Below are positions 55,370 through 64,000 of a stretch of 64,000 nt of DNA, piece after piece (position 1 is the first letter of the stretch; each line of letters begins with the position of its first letter). The translations under genes and the position numbers were made by a program. The DNA is from Anaerolineae bacterium (lineage in GTDB: Bacteria; Chloroflexota; Anaerolineae; S140-20), in assembly GCA_027021705.1 (NCBI GenBank), contig JALUTT010000056.1, forward strand, positions 64,001 through 128,000. Reading direction: 5' to 3'. A model generated the notes under the pieces. The model made no database searches. It was not told the DNA's origin and was given only the letters and a program-made list of their open reading frames with translations.

Positions 55370-57361
55370 TCAGGCCTGCATCGCTTCGTAGACCAACTCG
55401 ACCAACTCCTTGACCACCAGGCGGTCTTCGTAGCCGGTGGTCTTCAGCGCGTCCCGGTACATGGCGACATCCTTGGGGCAGGCGACGACGAGGACCTGCA
55501 CGCCGTCCAGTTGCGCCGCCTCTCGGATGCGGGCCTCGCTGGGGCGCTCCTTGACCTCACCCTCCTCCATCCAGATGCGGCCTCCGCCGGCACCGCAGCA
55601 GAAGGACCGCTCGCGGTGGCGCGGCATCTCGACCAGCGTGCAGCCGGTCGCCTCGATCACCCGTCGCGGCGACTCGTACACACCGTTGTAGCGCCCCAGG
55701 TAGCAGGGATCGTGGTAGGTGACGGTGTAGCCCAGCTTCCGGCCCAGCCGGAGCCGGCCGGAGGTGATCAGCCGGTCCAGCAGCTCGGCGTGATGGAGCA
55801 CCGGACGGTCCCCGATCACCTCGGGCGGGTACTCGTTCTTGAGGGTGTTGTAGGTGTGGGGGTCGGTGGTGACGATGGCCTGGAAGGTGCACCGGCTCAG
55901 CGCCGCGCCGTTCCGCTCCATCAGCATCTCGAAGAGCCCCTCCTCTCCCACCCGGCGCACGTCGTTGCCGGCGCTCCGTTCCCCGTCGTACAGGATGCCG
56001 AAGTCCAGCCCGGCCTGCTGGAAGACCTGGGCCGCCTGGCGCGTCACCTCGACCAGGCCGGCGTGGTAGGAGGCGTAGTCGCCGACGAACCAGAGGTACT
56101 CGACCGCCTCCTTCCGGGCGTCCTTGATCCGGGGCCGGAGGGGTTGGCTCCACCTCGCCCGCATCCGGGGGGATTGACCGAAGGCGTTGCCGTAGCGGGC
56201 CAGGTTGGCCAGCGCCTCCTGGAGCTGCGGGTCCACCTCCCCCTCGTTGACCAGGTAGCGGCGCAGGTCCACGATCAGCGCGACGGGATCGGTGAAGATG
56301 GGGCAGACCTGGGCGCAGGCCCGGCAGCTCGTGCAGGCCCACACCTCCGCCGGGGAGATCAGGTCGCCGTGGAGCGCCCGACCGTTGCCGCGCTGCCACA
56401 GGTGGAGCTTCAGCTTGACCATCAGGTCGCGGGGGGAGAAGGGGAGGCCACTGGCGTGGGCCGGGCACTGGTCCTGGCAGCGGCCACAGCGGACGCAGGC
56501 CTCGAAGTCCAGGATCTGCTTCCAGGTGAAGTCGCGCCAGGTTGCCGCGCCCACAGGACTGCTGTGATAGGCCGGGGCCAGGGCTCCGGCCGGCCCCAGG
56601 GAGCGGAAGAAGATGTTGAGGGGGGCCGCCACGATGTGGAAGAGCTTGGTGAAGGGGATGCTGGCGATGAAGGTGAAGGCCAGCAGCCCGTGGGTGATCC
56701 AGAGGACCAGGTGCAGGGTGCGGCCGGTCGGATCGCCCAGGGCGGCGAAGAGGGAGGCCACGGCGCTCCCCACCGGCGACCAGGCGGCCCAGCTCGGCCG
56801 GAGGACGGCGATGCGCAGCCCCTCGATCAGGTAGCCGGTGAGGGCGATGAGGGCCAGCATGGCGAGGGCGTAGGCGTCCTCCCAGGCGAACTCCCGCTCC
56901 CGCCCGCCCTGCAGGCGCGGCGGGCGGACGACGTAGCGGCGGTAGGCCGCCATGCCCAGGCCGACCAGCAGGAGCAGCCCGAAGAGGTCCAGGACCAGCT
57001 CGTAGAGCACGTAGACCCCGTTGGTCAGGAACTGGAAGCCGAAGAAGAGGCGGGTGATGTCCCAGTCCACCGTCGCCAGCACCGTTCCGGCGAAGAGGGC
57101 GACCATCCCCCAGAAGATGGCCAGGTGCATCACGCCGGGGTAGGGGTCTTGGACCGTTCGGACCTGGGCAATGGCGTGGACGAGCACGGCACGGAGGCGT
57201 GCGCCCAGGCGGTCGGTGCGCCGCTCCGGGCGGCCCATCCGCCAGCGCCGGACCCGGCGGGCGACGCCCAAGAGGAAGATGAGGACCGTCAGCAGCCCCA
57301 AGAGGTACTGACCGACCTCGGCCCAATGGGGAATGTTCCAGAAGGTCTCCCGCACAGCCAT
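55370..57361 (-). CDS. Membrane-bound Fe-S oxidoreductase (NarI-like cytochrome b TM domain + 2x4Fe-4S + CCG domains; HdrF/FadF/EMO-like)
   Basis: N-terminal TM helices with His residues, CVRCGRCQDQCP, CTSCRACAQVCP, YHDPCYLGR and CCGAGG. Confidence 0.9.
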   Translation of the reverse strand: MAVRETFWNIPHWAEVGQYLLGLLTVLIFLLGVARRVRRWRMGRPERRTDRLGARLRAVLVHAIAQVRTVQDPYPGVMHLAIFWGMVALFAGTVLATVDWDITRLFFGFQFLTNGVYVLYELVLDLFGLLLLVGLGMAAYRRYVVRPPRLQGGREREFAWEDAYALAMLALIALTGYLIEGLRIAVLRPSWAAWSPVGSAVASLFAALGDPTGRTLHLVLWITHGLLAFTFIASIPFTKLFHIVAAPLNIFFRSLGPAGALAPAYHSSPVGAATWRDFTWKQILDFEACVRCGRCQDQCPAHASGLPFSPRDLMVKLKLHLWQRGNGRALHGDLISPAEVWACTSCRACAQVCPIFTDPVALIVDLRRYLVNEGEVDPQLQEALANLARYGNAFGQSPRMRARWSQPLRPRIKDARKEAVEYLWFVGDYASYHAGLVEVTRQAAQVFQQAGLDFGILYDGERSAGNDVRRVGEEGLFEMLMERNGAALSRCTFQAIVTTDPHTYNTLKNEYPPEVIGDRPVLHHAELLDRLITSGRLRLGRKLGYTVTYHDPCYLGRYNGVYESPRRVIEATGCTLVEMPRHRERSFCCGAGGGRIWMEEGEVKERPSEARIREAAQLDGVQVLVVACPKDVAMYRDALKTTGYEDRLVVKELVELVYEAMQA

Positions 57362-57398
57362 CTCACCCCATCCTTCGGTTGCTCTGGGTCCGGTTCTG

Positions 57399-58391
57399 TC
57401 ACGCGGCGGCCAGGGCGGGTGCGGACCGGGCCTGGCGGACCTTCTCCGTCAGCACCGGGACCAGGTCGAAGAGGTCCACGGCGGCCCCGTACTGGGCGAC
57501 GTCGAAGATGGGCGCGGCGGGGTCGGTGTTGACGGCGATGATGACCTCGCTGTCGGTGATGCCCTGGACGTGCTCCGGAGCCCCGCTGATGCCCAGGGCC
57601 AGGTAGACCTTGGGCCGGACCCGTTTGCCCGATTTGCCCACCAGCCGCGTCGTCGGCAGCCACCCCTGGTCCACCACCGGGCGCGAGGCGCAGACGACGC
57701 CCCCCAGCGCTTCGGCCAGGGCCTCGGCCAGCGGGAGGTTGTCCTGGTTCTGGATCCCGCGCCCCACGGCGACCAGGATGGGCGCTTTGGCGATGTCCAC
57801 GTCCTCCTCTTCGGGCTCGATGTACTGCTTCAGCGTGATGCGCAGCCCTTCGAGGGATGGGGCGGGCTCCGGGATCACCTCGGGGGGATGGGGGCTCCGC
57901 CCCTGCTCCGGCTTGAAGCCGCCGGGGATCATCGTCACCAGCGCCGTGGGGGCCGGCAGCTCACCCTCGGCCATCAGCCGGCCGCCGCAGATCTGGCTGA
58001 CGAAGGTGAGGGTCCCGTCGTCGGCGCGGAGGGTGCGGCAGTAGCCCACCAGGGGGAGCCCCAGTTGGGCGGAGAGCCGGCCCGCCACATCCGCGCCGAC
58101 GGAGGTCTCGCCCAGGAGCAGCGCCCGAGGGGGCTTTCTCTCCATCAGATCTGCCAGCACTCGCTGGTAGGCGTCCGGCGTGAACTCGGCCAGCGCCGGA
58201 TGGTCCACGTACAGCACCCGGTCGGCGGCCAGGTCCTGGGCCAGCGCCTGGGCGTCGTGGCCCAGCAGCAGCGCGACGACGGGGCCGCCGGTCCCTCGGG
58301 CCAGTTCCTGGGCTGCCGCCAGCATCACGTAGGAAATCTCGGCCACCTGACCGCGCAGGTGCTCCACCAGCACGTAGATTTCCTGGTGCAT
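57399..58391 (-). CDS. etfA: Electron transfer flavoprotein alpha subunit
   Basis: GRG, ASRPVVD, VGKSGK, LGISGAPEH and AVNTDPAAPIF. Confidence 0.93.
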   Translation of the reverse strand: MHQEIYVLVEHLRGQVAEISYVMLAAAQELARGTGGPVVALLLGHDAQALAQDLAADRVLYVDHPALAEFTPDAYQRVLADLMERKPPRALLLGETSVGADVAGRLSAQLGLPLVGYCRTLRADDGTLTFVSQICGGRLMAEGELPAPTALVTMIPGGFKPEQGRSPHPPEVIPEPAPSLEGLRITLKQYIEPEEEDVDIAKAPILVAVGRGIQNQDNLPLAEALAEALGGVVCASRPVVDQGWLPTTRLVGKSGKRVRPKVYLALGISGAPEHVQGITDSEVIIAVNTDPAAPIFDVAQYGAAVDLFDLVPVLTEKVRQARSAPALAAA

Positions 58392-58447
58392 CGGTTCACT
58401 CCTTCCCGTGGTGCATATGGCGTGCTGCCTGTTGCGGGTTGTGGGGC

Positions 58448-59215
58448 TTACGCGAGCACGCCCAACTCCTCGAGGATTCCGACCAGTCGTGTGGCGATCT
58501 CGTCCACATCGCCTTCGAGCATCGTCGCCCGCTCGCCGACCTCGGGCTGGAAGAGCCGGCGCACCGCCGGCCCCCCGCTGGGGTCGAGTTCATCCACGGG
58601 CCACTCCTCGATGGCTGCCGTCTTCATCGCCTGGCGGATCTTGCTGAAGGCGACGTAGCGGGGCGGCTCTTCGGCGGCCTGGATGCCCAGGACGGCGGGG
58701 AGGGCCACTTCCATCTCGGCGAGGAGGGCGCCGGGGTGCTCCTTGCGCACGAGGCATCGGTCCCCCTGCACCCTCACGCCGGCCACGTAGCCGACGTAGG
58801 GCAGGCCCAAGAGCCCGGCCAATTGGGGTCCTACCGGCCCGTCCAGGTCGCTGTGGGCCTGCACGCCCGTCAGCACCAGGTCGGGCTGGAGTTCCCGCAC
58901 CACCGGGGCGAAGGCGCGGGCCAGGGCGTGGTTGTTCACCGTCGGCTCGAAGGGTCCCACCAGCCGGATCAGCCGGTCGGCCCCCTTGGCCGCAGCGGTG
59001 AAGAGCACATCGTCCGCCCCTTCCACGTCGGGAACCACCACCGTCACCTGGGCTCCGTCCCGTTCCTTCAGCAGGATGGCCTGCTCGATGGCGTGGTCGT
59101 CGAACTCGCTGAGGATCAGGCTCAGCCAGGTGGTGTCCAGGGCCGTCCCGCTCTCGTCAATCAGGAGTTCCTCCACCAGATCGGGCACGAGTTTGACAGG
59201 GACCACGATCTTCAT
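58448..59215 (-). CDS. etfB: Electron transfer flavoprotein beta subunit
   Basis: MKIVVPVKLVPD, D..AIEQA, DLVLTGVQA..D and PRY. Confidence 0.92.
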   Translation of the reverse strand: MKIVVPVKLVPDLVEELLIDESGTALDTTWLSLILSEFDDHAIEQAILLKERDGAQVTVVVPDVEGADDVLFTAAAKGADRLIRLVGPFEPTVNNHALARAFAPVVRELQPDLVLTGVQAHSDLDGPVGPQLAGLLGLPYVGYVAGVRVQGDRCLVRKEHPGALLAEMEVALPAVLGIQAAEEPPRYVAFSKIRQAMKTAAIEEWPVDELDPSGGPAVRRLFQPEVGERATMLEGDVDEIATRLVGILEELGVLA

Positions 59216-59254
59216 CGCTGCACCTCACAAAGGTCACGGGTTACGGGTTGCCTG

Positions 59255-60463
59255 TTATGCCTCTTCCATCGCTTCGGCCAGCAGTTCGGCGATGTCCTTG
59301 ACGACGAGCCGGCTGGCCCCCTCGACCATCTTGATGGCGTCCTCGAAGCGGGGGGGCTCGTAGGGGCAGGCCACCGCCAGGATGTCGGCTTTGATGGCCA
59401 CCGCTTCGCGCACGCGCCACTCGGAGAGGCGGACCCGGGCCTTCTCCCACTGGAACCCATCCAGCCACATTCCGCCGCCGCCCCCGCCGCAGCAGAGGCT
59501 GGTGGAACGGTTGTGGGACATCTCCACCAGCGTCACGCCGGGGATGGCTTCCAGGAGTGCCCGGGGCTCCTCGTAGACCCCGTTGACGCGGCCCAGGTAG
59601 CAGGGGTCGTGGAAGGTGACCCGGGCCTTCAGCTCCCGCTTCAGCAGCGGCCTCAGTTGGTCCAGCCGCTCGGCCAGGAACTGGGTGTAGTGGCGCACGG
59701 GGTAGGCGATGCCCAGCTCCGGGTAGGCGTTCTTCAGGGCGTTGTAGGCGTGGGGGTCCGTGGTGATGATCTCGCGGAAGGTGTACCGGCGGAAGGCCCG
59801 TCCGTTCTTCTCGGCCAGCCGCTCGAAGAGGCCGCGCTCACCGGCCAGCCGCAGCGAGTCGCCGTCGCTCTGTTCCTCGGGTCCCAGGATGCCGAAGTCC
59901 ACCCCCAGCGCGTTGAGGACCCGGACCAGGGCCCGGCTGACCCTCTGGACCCGGGGGTGGTAGGAGGCGTAGTCACCGACGAACCAGAGGACATCCACGG
60001 GCCGCCGGACCTGCCGGAGGATGGGGACGGGGGGATCGAGGCCCAGGGCCCAGTCGGCCCGCTTGCGGGGCGACTCTCCCAGGGGGTTGCCGTAGTGCAG
60101 CGTCTTCTCCAGGGCGTCCTGGAGTTCGGTGGGGACGTGGCCGGCCAGGACCATCTCCTCCTTGGTCCGGGCCATCAGGCCGGCGGTGAGGGGGATCTTC
60201 GAGGGGCAGACCTGGGTACAGGCGTAGCAGGAGACGCACATCCAGACCGTGTCGGTTTTCAGCACCCGGTCGAACATCCTGGCCCGCAGCGCGGCGATCA
60301 TCCGGCTGGGGGGGAAGTCCATCAGGTAGCCGAAGGGGCAGACGCCGCTGCAGGTGCCACACTGGAGGCAGGTGCGGATCCGCTCGCCGTCGGCCACTTC
60401 TTGCAGACTGGCGTAGAAGGCCTCGCTGAAGGAGGGCCTTGGGGAGACTATGGTCACGGCCAT
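59255..60463 (-). CDS. Soluble HdrD-like Fe-S protein (HdrC-type ferredoxin + CCG domains)
   Basis: CLQCGTCSGVCP, CVSCYACTQVCP, FHDPCYLGR and CCGGGG. ATG at 60463 after AAGGAGG. Confidence 0.9.
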   Translation of the reverse strand: MAVTIVSPRPSFSEAFYASLQEVADGERIRTCLQCGTCSGVCPFGYLMDFPPSRMIAALRARMFDRVLKTDTVWMCVSCYACTQVCPSKIPLTAGLMARTKEEMVLAGHVPTELQDALEKTLHYGNPLGESPRKRADWALGLDPPVPILRQVRRPVDVLWFVGDYASYHPRVQRVSRALVRVLNALGVDFGILGPEEQSDGDSLRLAGERGLFERLAEKNGRAFRRYTFREIITTDPHAYNALKNAYPELGIAYPVRHYTQFLAERLDQLRPLLKRELKARVTFHDPCYLGRVNGVYEEPRALLEAIPGVTLVEMSHNRSTSLCCGGGGGGMWLDGFQWEKARVRLSEWRVREAVAIKADILAVACPYEPPRFEDAIKMVEGASRLVVKDIAELLAEAMEEA

Positions 60464-60519
60464 CGAGCACCTCCTTGGCTGGTGCACAGGGGACGACACC
60501 GCTTCTCACGCTCGCTTCC

Positions 60520-60549
60520 ATTGTACTGTATCCCTGGGGTGAATGTCTA
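60520..60549 (-). promoter_or_regulatory. Putative promoter of the hdr-etf operon
   Basis: Minus strand TAGACA-18bp-TACAAT. Confidence 0.5.
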
Positions 60550-60622
60550 TGGGGGAACCTCCCCCTTTGCCGCCGGGAAGCCCCCCCTTTGAGGTGGGGG
60601 GAGGTGTCTACGAGTGGGGGTG

Positions 60623-60721
60623 ACCCTCCCGCAGGTTGCCGGTCGAGGGCGCTTTCGGCCCCGATGGGCTGTCTGAAGCACGGTTTCGCGTCGGAACACG
60701 TCTAACCTGCGGGAGGGTGAA
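60623..60721. repeat. ~97-bp palindromic dispersed repeat, copy B
   Basis: ACCCTCCCGCAGGTT...AACCTGCGGGAGGGT; inverted relative to copy A. Confidence 0.85.
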
Positions 60722-60773
60722 CAGTTACGAGGGGGGTATGGATGATGGGCAGGGGAGGTCTGGGGGGCAGCGC

Positions 60774-60873
60774 AGGCCGTCCACGAATGGGGCACGAATA
60801 CACGAACTCACGAATAGCCCCCATAGGGGCGCTGCCCATTCGTGCATTCGTGAACACAATTCGTGGACGGCCT
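60774..60873. repeat. Stand-alone palindromic core related to the MITE interior (no TIRs)
   Basis: AGGCCGTCCACGAAT...GCACGAATACACGAA...ATTCGTGCATTCGTG...ATTCGTGGACGGCCT. Confidence 0.8.
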
Positions 60874-60898
60874 CTTTGCTACCTCGCTACGCCGCCGC

Positions 60899-60928
60899 TT
60901 GCAACGCCGCCGGAGAGTGTGGTATACT
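60899..60928 (+). promoter_or_regulatory. Promoter upstream of the sacsin-like gene
   Basis: TTGCAA-18bp-TATACT with an extended TG. Confidence 0.55.
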
Positions 60929-61054
60929 TGGGGGGAGCACTGCGGATGGGTGATGGGTGGCGGCCGGCCGACCTCTTCCATTCGTTCATTCGTTCACCAC
61001 TCGTCGTCCAATCCCACCCCACGCCGCCACGCAACCCGCAAGCTGGGAGGGGTT

Positions 61055-64000
61055 ATGCTAAAGTCAGAAACTGGCATAACAGCAATTTACGAGCGCATCC
61101 GTGAGCGAAATAAGAAGCTATGGGGAACCAACCGGTTGAGGATCGTCCGCGCATTGGGTACTGACCTGCGTGCGACGATGCGAGATTTGGTTATGGAGCT
61201 CGTTCAGAATGCTGAGGATGCAGAAGCCAAGAAACTGGGCTTCCACCTGAGCGATTCGGGTCTTCTGGTTTGGAATGATGGGCATATGTTTACAGAGAGA
61301 GATGTAGAGGCCATCTCCGGCCTGTTGGTGTCCACAAAGGATGCCCGCTCCATAGGGCACTTTGGCATCGGATTCAAGACTGTGCTCTTGGTCACAACCC
61401 GCCCATACGTTCTCTCTGGTCGTTTTCGCTTTTGGCTTGAGGGAGCTCTTGACCCCTACCCCATTGATAGGAACAGCGCAACCCAGATCCCGCAAGAGGC
61501 CCATAAGCTGGCTGACGCAGGTAAGACAGTCTTCTGGCTGCCCTTCAAACCAGAAATCAGGCAAGAGGCCCAACGAGTGCTCAGCTTTCTAGAAGGGGAG
61601 ACCACTGACAAGCTCTTGCTGTTCTTAGACCACTTAGAAGAAATCGAGGTAGAGGGTGTGAATGGTCGGAATGAAGCTGGCAAACATCAAGCCCTTTACC
61701 TTGCCTCACGGCGCCCCTATCCAGGGGCCGCAGGGGAGGAATGGAAGGTCTATAAAGTGTCGTTCTTGTTTCAAACCGACAAACGAGAGGGAGAAAGCAC
61801 CTGGTTGCGCCTTGATCGTTTTGTTGTGCTTCCCGAGGAAGTGAAGCAAGAACTGATCAATCGGCTCCGTGCGGAGGGGGACGAAGAGGGTGCAAAACGG
61901 TGGGAGAAAGTTGATGCTTCCGTATTACAGCGCATTTCTGTAGCCTTTCAAATCCAAGAGGAAGAACGTAATGTGAAGATGCAACCCGCAGAAAGAGGCT
62001 TCGTGTTTGTCCGCCTTCCTACCCGACAGGAAACGGGCTTGAAATTCCACCTGAGTGGGCGGTTTGCGGCAACTTTAGACCGGGCCGGTGTTCGTGAGGA
62101 TGATCCGTTGACCCAGTGGGCATTGGAAGAAGCCATCCACACGGTCCGGCAGCTACCCGATCAACTACGGTCTCTTGGCGCATTTCCTCCTTCAGTCTGG
62201 CAGATTTTCCCCCGCGAGATTGAAGGTAGGGCTCCTTTCCTCAGAATCGCATCGGAGTTACGTGAGGCTCTGCGCAGCGGTTCTTATTTCCATGACGCAG
62301 AAGGTAGCCCTCGCTTGAAGGAAGAGGTATTTCTTGCTCGCACTTCAATGCTCTACTCTCTCCTCGGTCCGGCTGAATTGGAGGAATTAACGGAGATTCC
62401 CGGTGCCCGTTGGGTACATCCTGAATTGCGAAAGGGCAGAGCCAAAGAGGTAGTCTCCAGCCTCGGTGTGCAAGAGATATCGGCACGGCACGTAATCGCG
62501 TGGTTAGAAAGCAAAGAGGACACTTGGTTTGCTTCACGCTCCCCCGAGTGGCTGGGCAAGCTGTACCAGTACTTGGCATCCCAGAAAGACCTTCATTCCC
62601 GTGCGGGCCAATTACCTATCGTTCTTCTGCATAGTGGAAAGTGCGTTCAACCCGAACATGCGCTCTTCCCCCCCTCGAAACTCCCTAAGAACCTAAAACC
62701 TTTCATTCATCACCTCCTCCTTGTGGCAGATACGGTCACGGAGGATCAGGATACACACAGAGCGCTGCGTGACCTCGGAGTGCAGGAATTCCAAATCAGT
62801 AGAGCTTTACACCATCTCTTTCGTGCCCTTTATGGGGATCAAACGTCGCCGCCTCCCCCTCAAGAGAATCGCCAGCACATTCGGATGCTCTTCTCTTTGT
62901 GGAAGGAGGGGGAAGTCGCCCCAGCCGATTTGAAAAAGTGGAGTCGTCTCCCCCTTTTACGTACCCAGTATGGTGATTATCAGCGGCCATATCGGGTCTA
63001 CTTGCCTGCCGGCTTGGGTGGATTGTCAGAGGTCGAGATGTACTTCCGGCTTGCCGGAGGCCGGCCCTTTGTGGCCGTTGATTACAGGGATGGAGAGGAG
63101 CCCGATGATTGGAAACAGTTCCTCTCTTTGCTCGGTGTGCGCAATCTTCCGACTATAAGCGAGGATCCTTTTTCAGAAGTCGGGGAACGAGAAGCAAGGG
63201 AATGGTTCAGCGAGCGGGAACCAGACCGAAAACTTCCACGTAGTAGTACAGGCCGTTATTCAGGATTAGACTGGACGATTGATGGTTTTCAGGAAGTACT
63301 CAATGCACTTCGCCAGGGCTTAAGCATTGAAGATATCCGGGCAATCTGGGTGGTAATGGGGCACCTCATCAGCTCGGAGGAGGATATACTGACCGATTAT
63401 GGCGCTCGGTTACCCGATTATGGCGCTCAGTTATATGAGGCGATCCTGTACTTTTACTACTATAAAGGGCAGAACGAGCGTATCACAGCCTATTGGCTCA
63501 GACGCTTGCAGGATATCCCCTGGCTTCCTGATGAAGAAGGGCATCTGGCACGTCCTGCTAATCTCTTCGCCCCTTATTTGAAGCCCTTCTTGGGACCGGG
63601 ATTGCGATATCTGCACCAGCGCATCCCCTTGAGCAAGAAATACGAGAAGTTAGCTCAGTTGCTCGAGCTTCGTGTGGCTGCCGATGTGGATACCGTGTTG
63701 AAGTACCTGCGTTCCCTAGCCGGAGAGGACCGGTGTACTATATCCCAGGTCTCTCCCGTCTACGAGTGGTTGGCGGAACAGCGTGAAAGCACCAAACGCA
63801 TCAAAAGTGCCTTTCAGAGTGAAGCGTTGATCTTGATCCCCGACCAAGGATGGTTTCGTACCGATGAGGTGTGTTGGCTGGATCGTACCCACGTAGTTCC
63901 CTCCCTGATGGAAGCGTGGGGAGAAACTCAGCTCAAGCCCTTCTTTTTGCAGATGGTAGGCGTTCAGGAGGAACCTCAACCGCACCATCTGGCTAGATAT
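61055..64000 (+). CDS. Large sacsin/NOV-type GHKL (HSP90-like) ATPase protein, 3'-truncated by the window
   Basis: Not in the ORF track, consistent with no stop before the window end. ATG 61055 after GGGAGG gives ...MELVQNAEDA...VWNDGHMFTERDVEAI...SIGHFGIGFKTV...LPT..ETGL.FHL.G.F. The last codons in this frame read VQEEPQPHHLARY. Confidence 0.88.
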   Translation, partial: MLKSETGITAIYERIRERNKKLWGTNRLRIVRALGTDLRATMRDLVMELVQNAEDAEAKKLGFHLSDSGLLVWNDGHMFTERDVEAISGLLVSTKDARSIGHFGIGFKTVLLVTTRPYVLSGRFRFWLEGALDPYPIDRNSATQIPQEAHKLADAGKTVFWLPFKPEIRQEAQRVLSFLEGETTDKLLLFLDHLEEIEVEGVNGRNEAGKHQALYLASRRPYPGAAGEEWKVYKVSFLFQTDKREGESTWLRLDRFVVLPEEVKQELINRLRAEGDEEGAKRWEKVDASVLQRISVAFQIQEEERNVKMQPAERGFVFVRLPTRQETGLKFHLSGRFAATLDRAGVREDDPLTQWALEEAIHTVRQLPDQLRSLGAFPPSVWQIFPREIEGRAPFLRIASELREALRSGSYFHDAEGSPRLKEEVFLARTSMLYSLLGPAELEELTEIPGARWVHPELRKGRAKEVVSSLGVQEISARHVIAWLESKEDTWFASRSPEWLGKLYQYLASQKDLHSRAGQLPIVLLHSGKCVQPEHALFPPSKLPKNLKPFIHHLLLVADTVTEDQDTHRALRDLGVQEFQISRALHHLFRALYGDQTSPPPPQENRQHIRMLFSLWKEGEVAPADLKKWSRLPLLRTQYGDYQRPYRVYLPAGLGGLSEVEMYFRLAGGRPFVAVDYRDGEEPDDWKQFLSLLGVRNLPTISEDPFSEVGEREAREWFSEREPDRKLPRSSTGRYSGLDWTIDGFQEVLNALRQGLSIEDIRAIWVVMGHLISSEEDILTDYGARLPDYGAQLYEAILYFYYYKGQNERITAYWLRRLQDIPWLPDEEGHLARPANLFAPYLKPFLGPGLRYLHQRIPLSKKYEKLAQLLELRVAADVDTVLKYLRSLAGEDRCTISQVSPVYEWLAEQRESTKRIKSAFQSEALILIPDQGWFRTDEVCWLDRTHVVPSLMEAWGETQLKPFFLQMVGVQEEPQPHHLARY

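Noticed and set aside
52979..57532. 1517-aa plus-strand ORF, and similar long ORFs such as 4864..6825, 11112..13241, 46226..48997 and 20588..23689
   Set aside because: These are antisense or alternate-frame shadows of well-supported genes, expected at high GC, and have no recognisable motifs.
60930..61050. tRNA or att site at the island junction
   Set aside because: No cloverleaf, T-loop consensus or integrase is visible in this window.
63393..63432. 21-bp tandem duplication in the sacsin-like gene as a frameshift or regulatory signal
   Set aside because: It is an in-frame duplication (DYGARLP/DYGAQLY) with no effect on the reading frame.

Overview
GC-rich bacterial chromosome segment. The gene content and protein families, including secreted proteins ending in a YLPxV-type tail and GT-C-like membrane proteins, suggest Chloroflexota (Anaerolineae-like); this is an inference. 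Left arm: housekeeping and signalling genes (response regulator, REC-adenylate cyclase, ppa, deoC, lepB, roadblock, pyrG, S1 protein, VKOR/DsbA, DapA family, a non-canonical SucCD-like ligase with a ferredoxin fusion, CysQ/IMPase). Middle: secreted and glycan-related proteins, modABC, and an ABC-2 exporter preceded by an apparent leader-peptide attenuator. Right arm: an anaerobic energy block with an acyl-CoA synthetase, a NarX/NarL-type two-component system, and a selenocysteine formate dehydrogenase operon fdnGHI-fdhE-fdhD that converges on an HdrD-like/EtfBA/membrane Fe-S oxidoreductase/HdrA/2x cNMP-domain operon. The window ends in a lower-GC sacsin-like ATPase gene that the ORF track missed. 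The most striking unannotated signal is a ~155-bp MITE-like element present six times. Every copy sits with the same end 10-12 bp upstream of the -35 position of a sigma70/sigmaA-type promoter with a 17-bp spacer, which points to a promoter-targeting mobile element. Also present are a GTAG-type REP tandem array, a 165-173-bp tandem repeat and a second ~97-bp palindromic repeat family.
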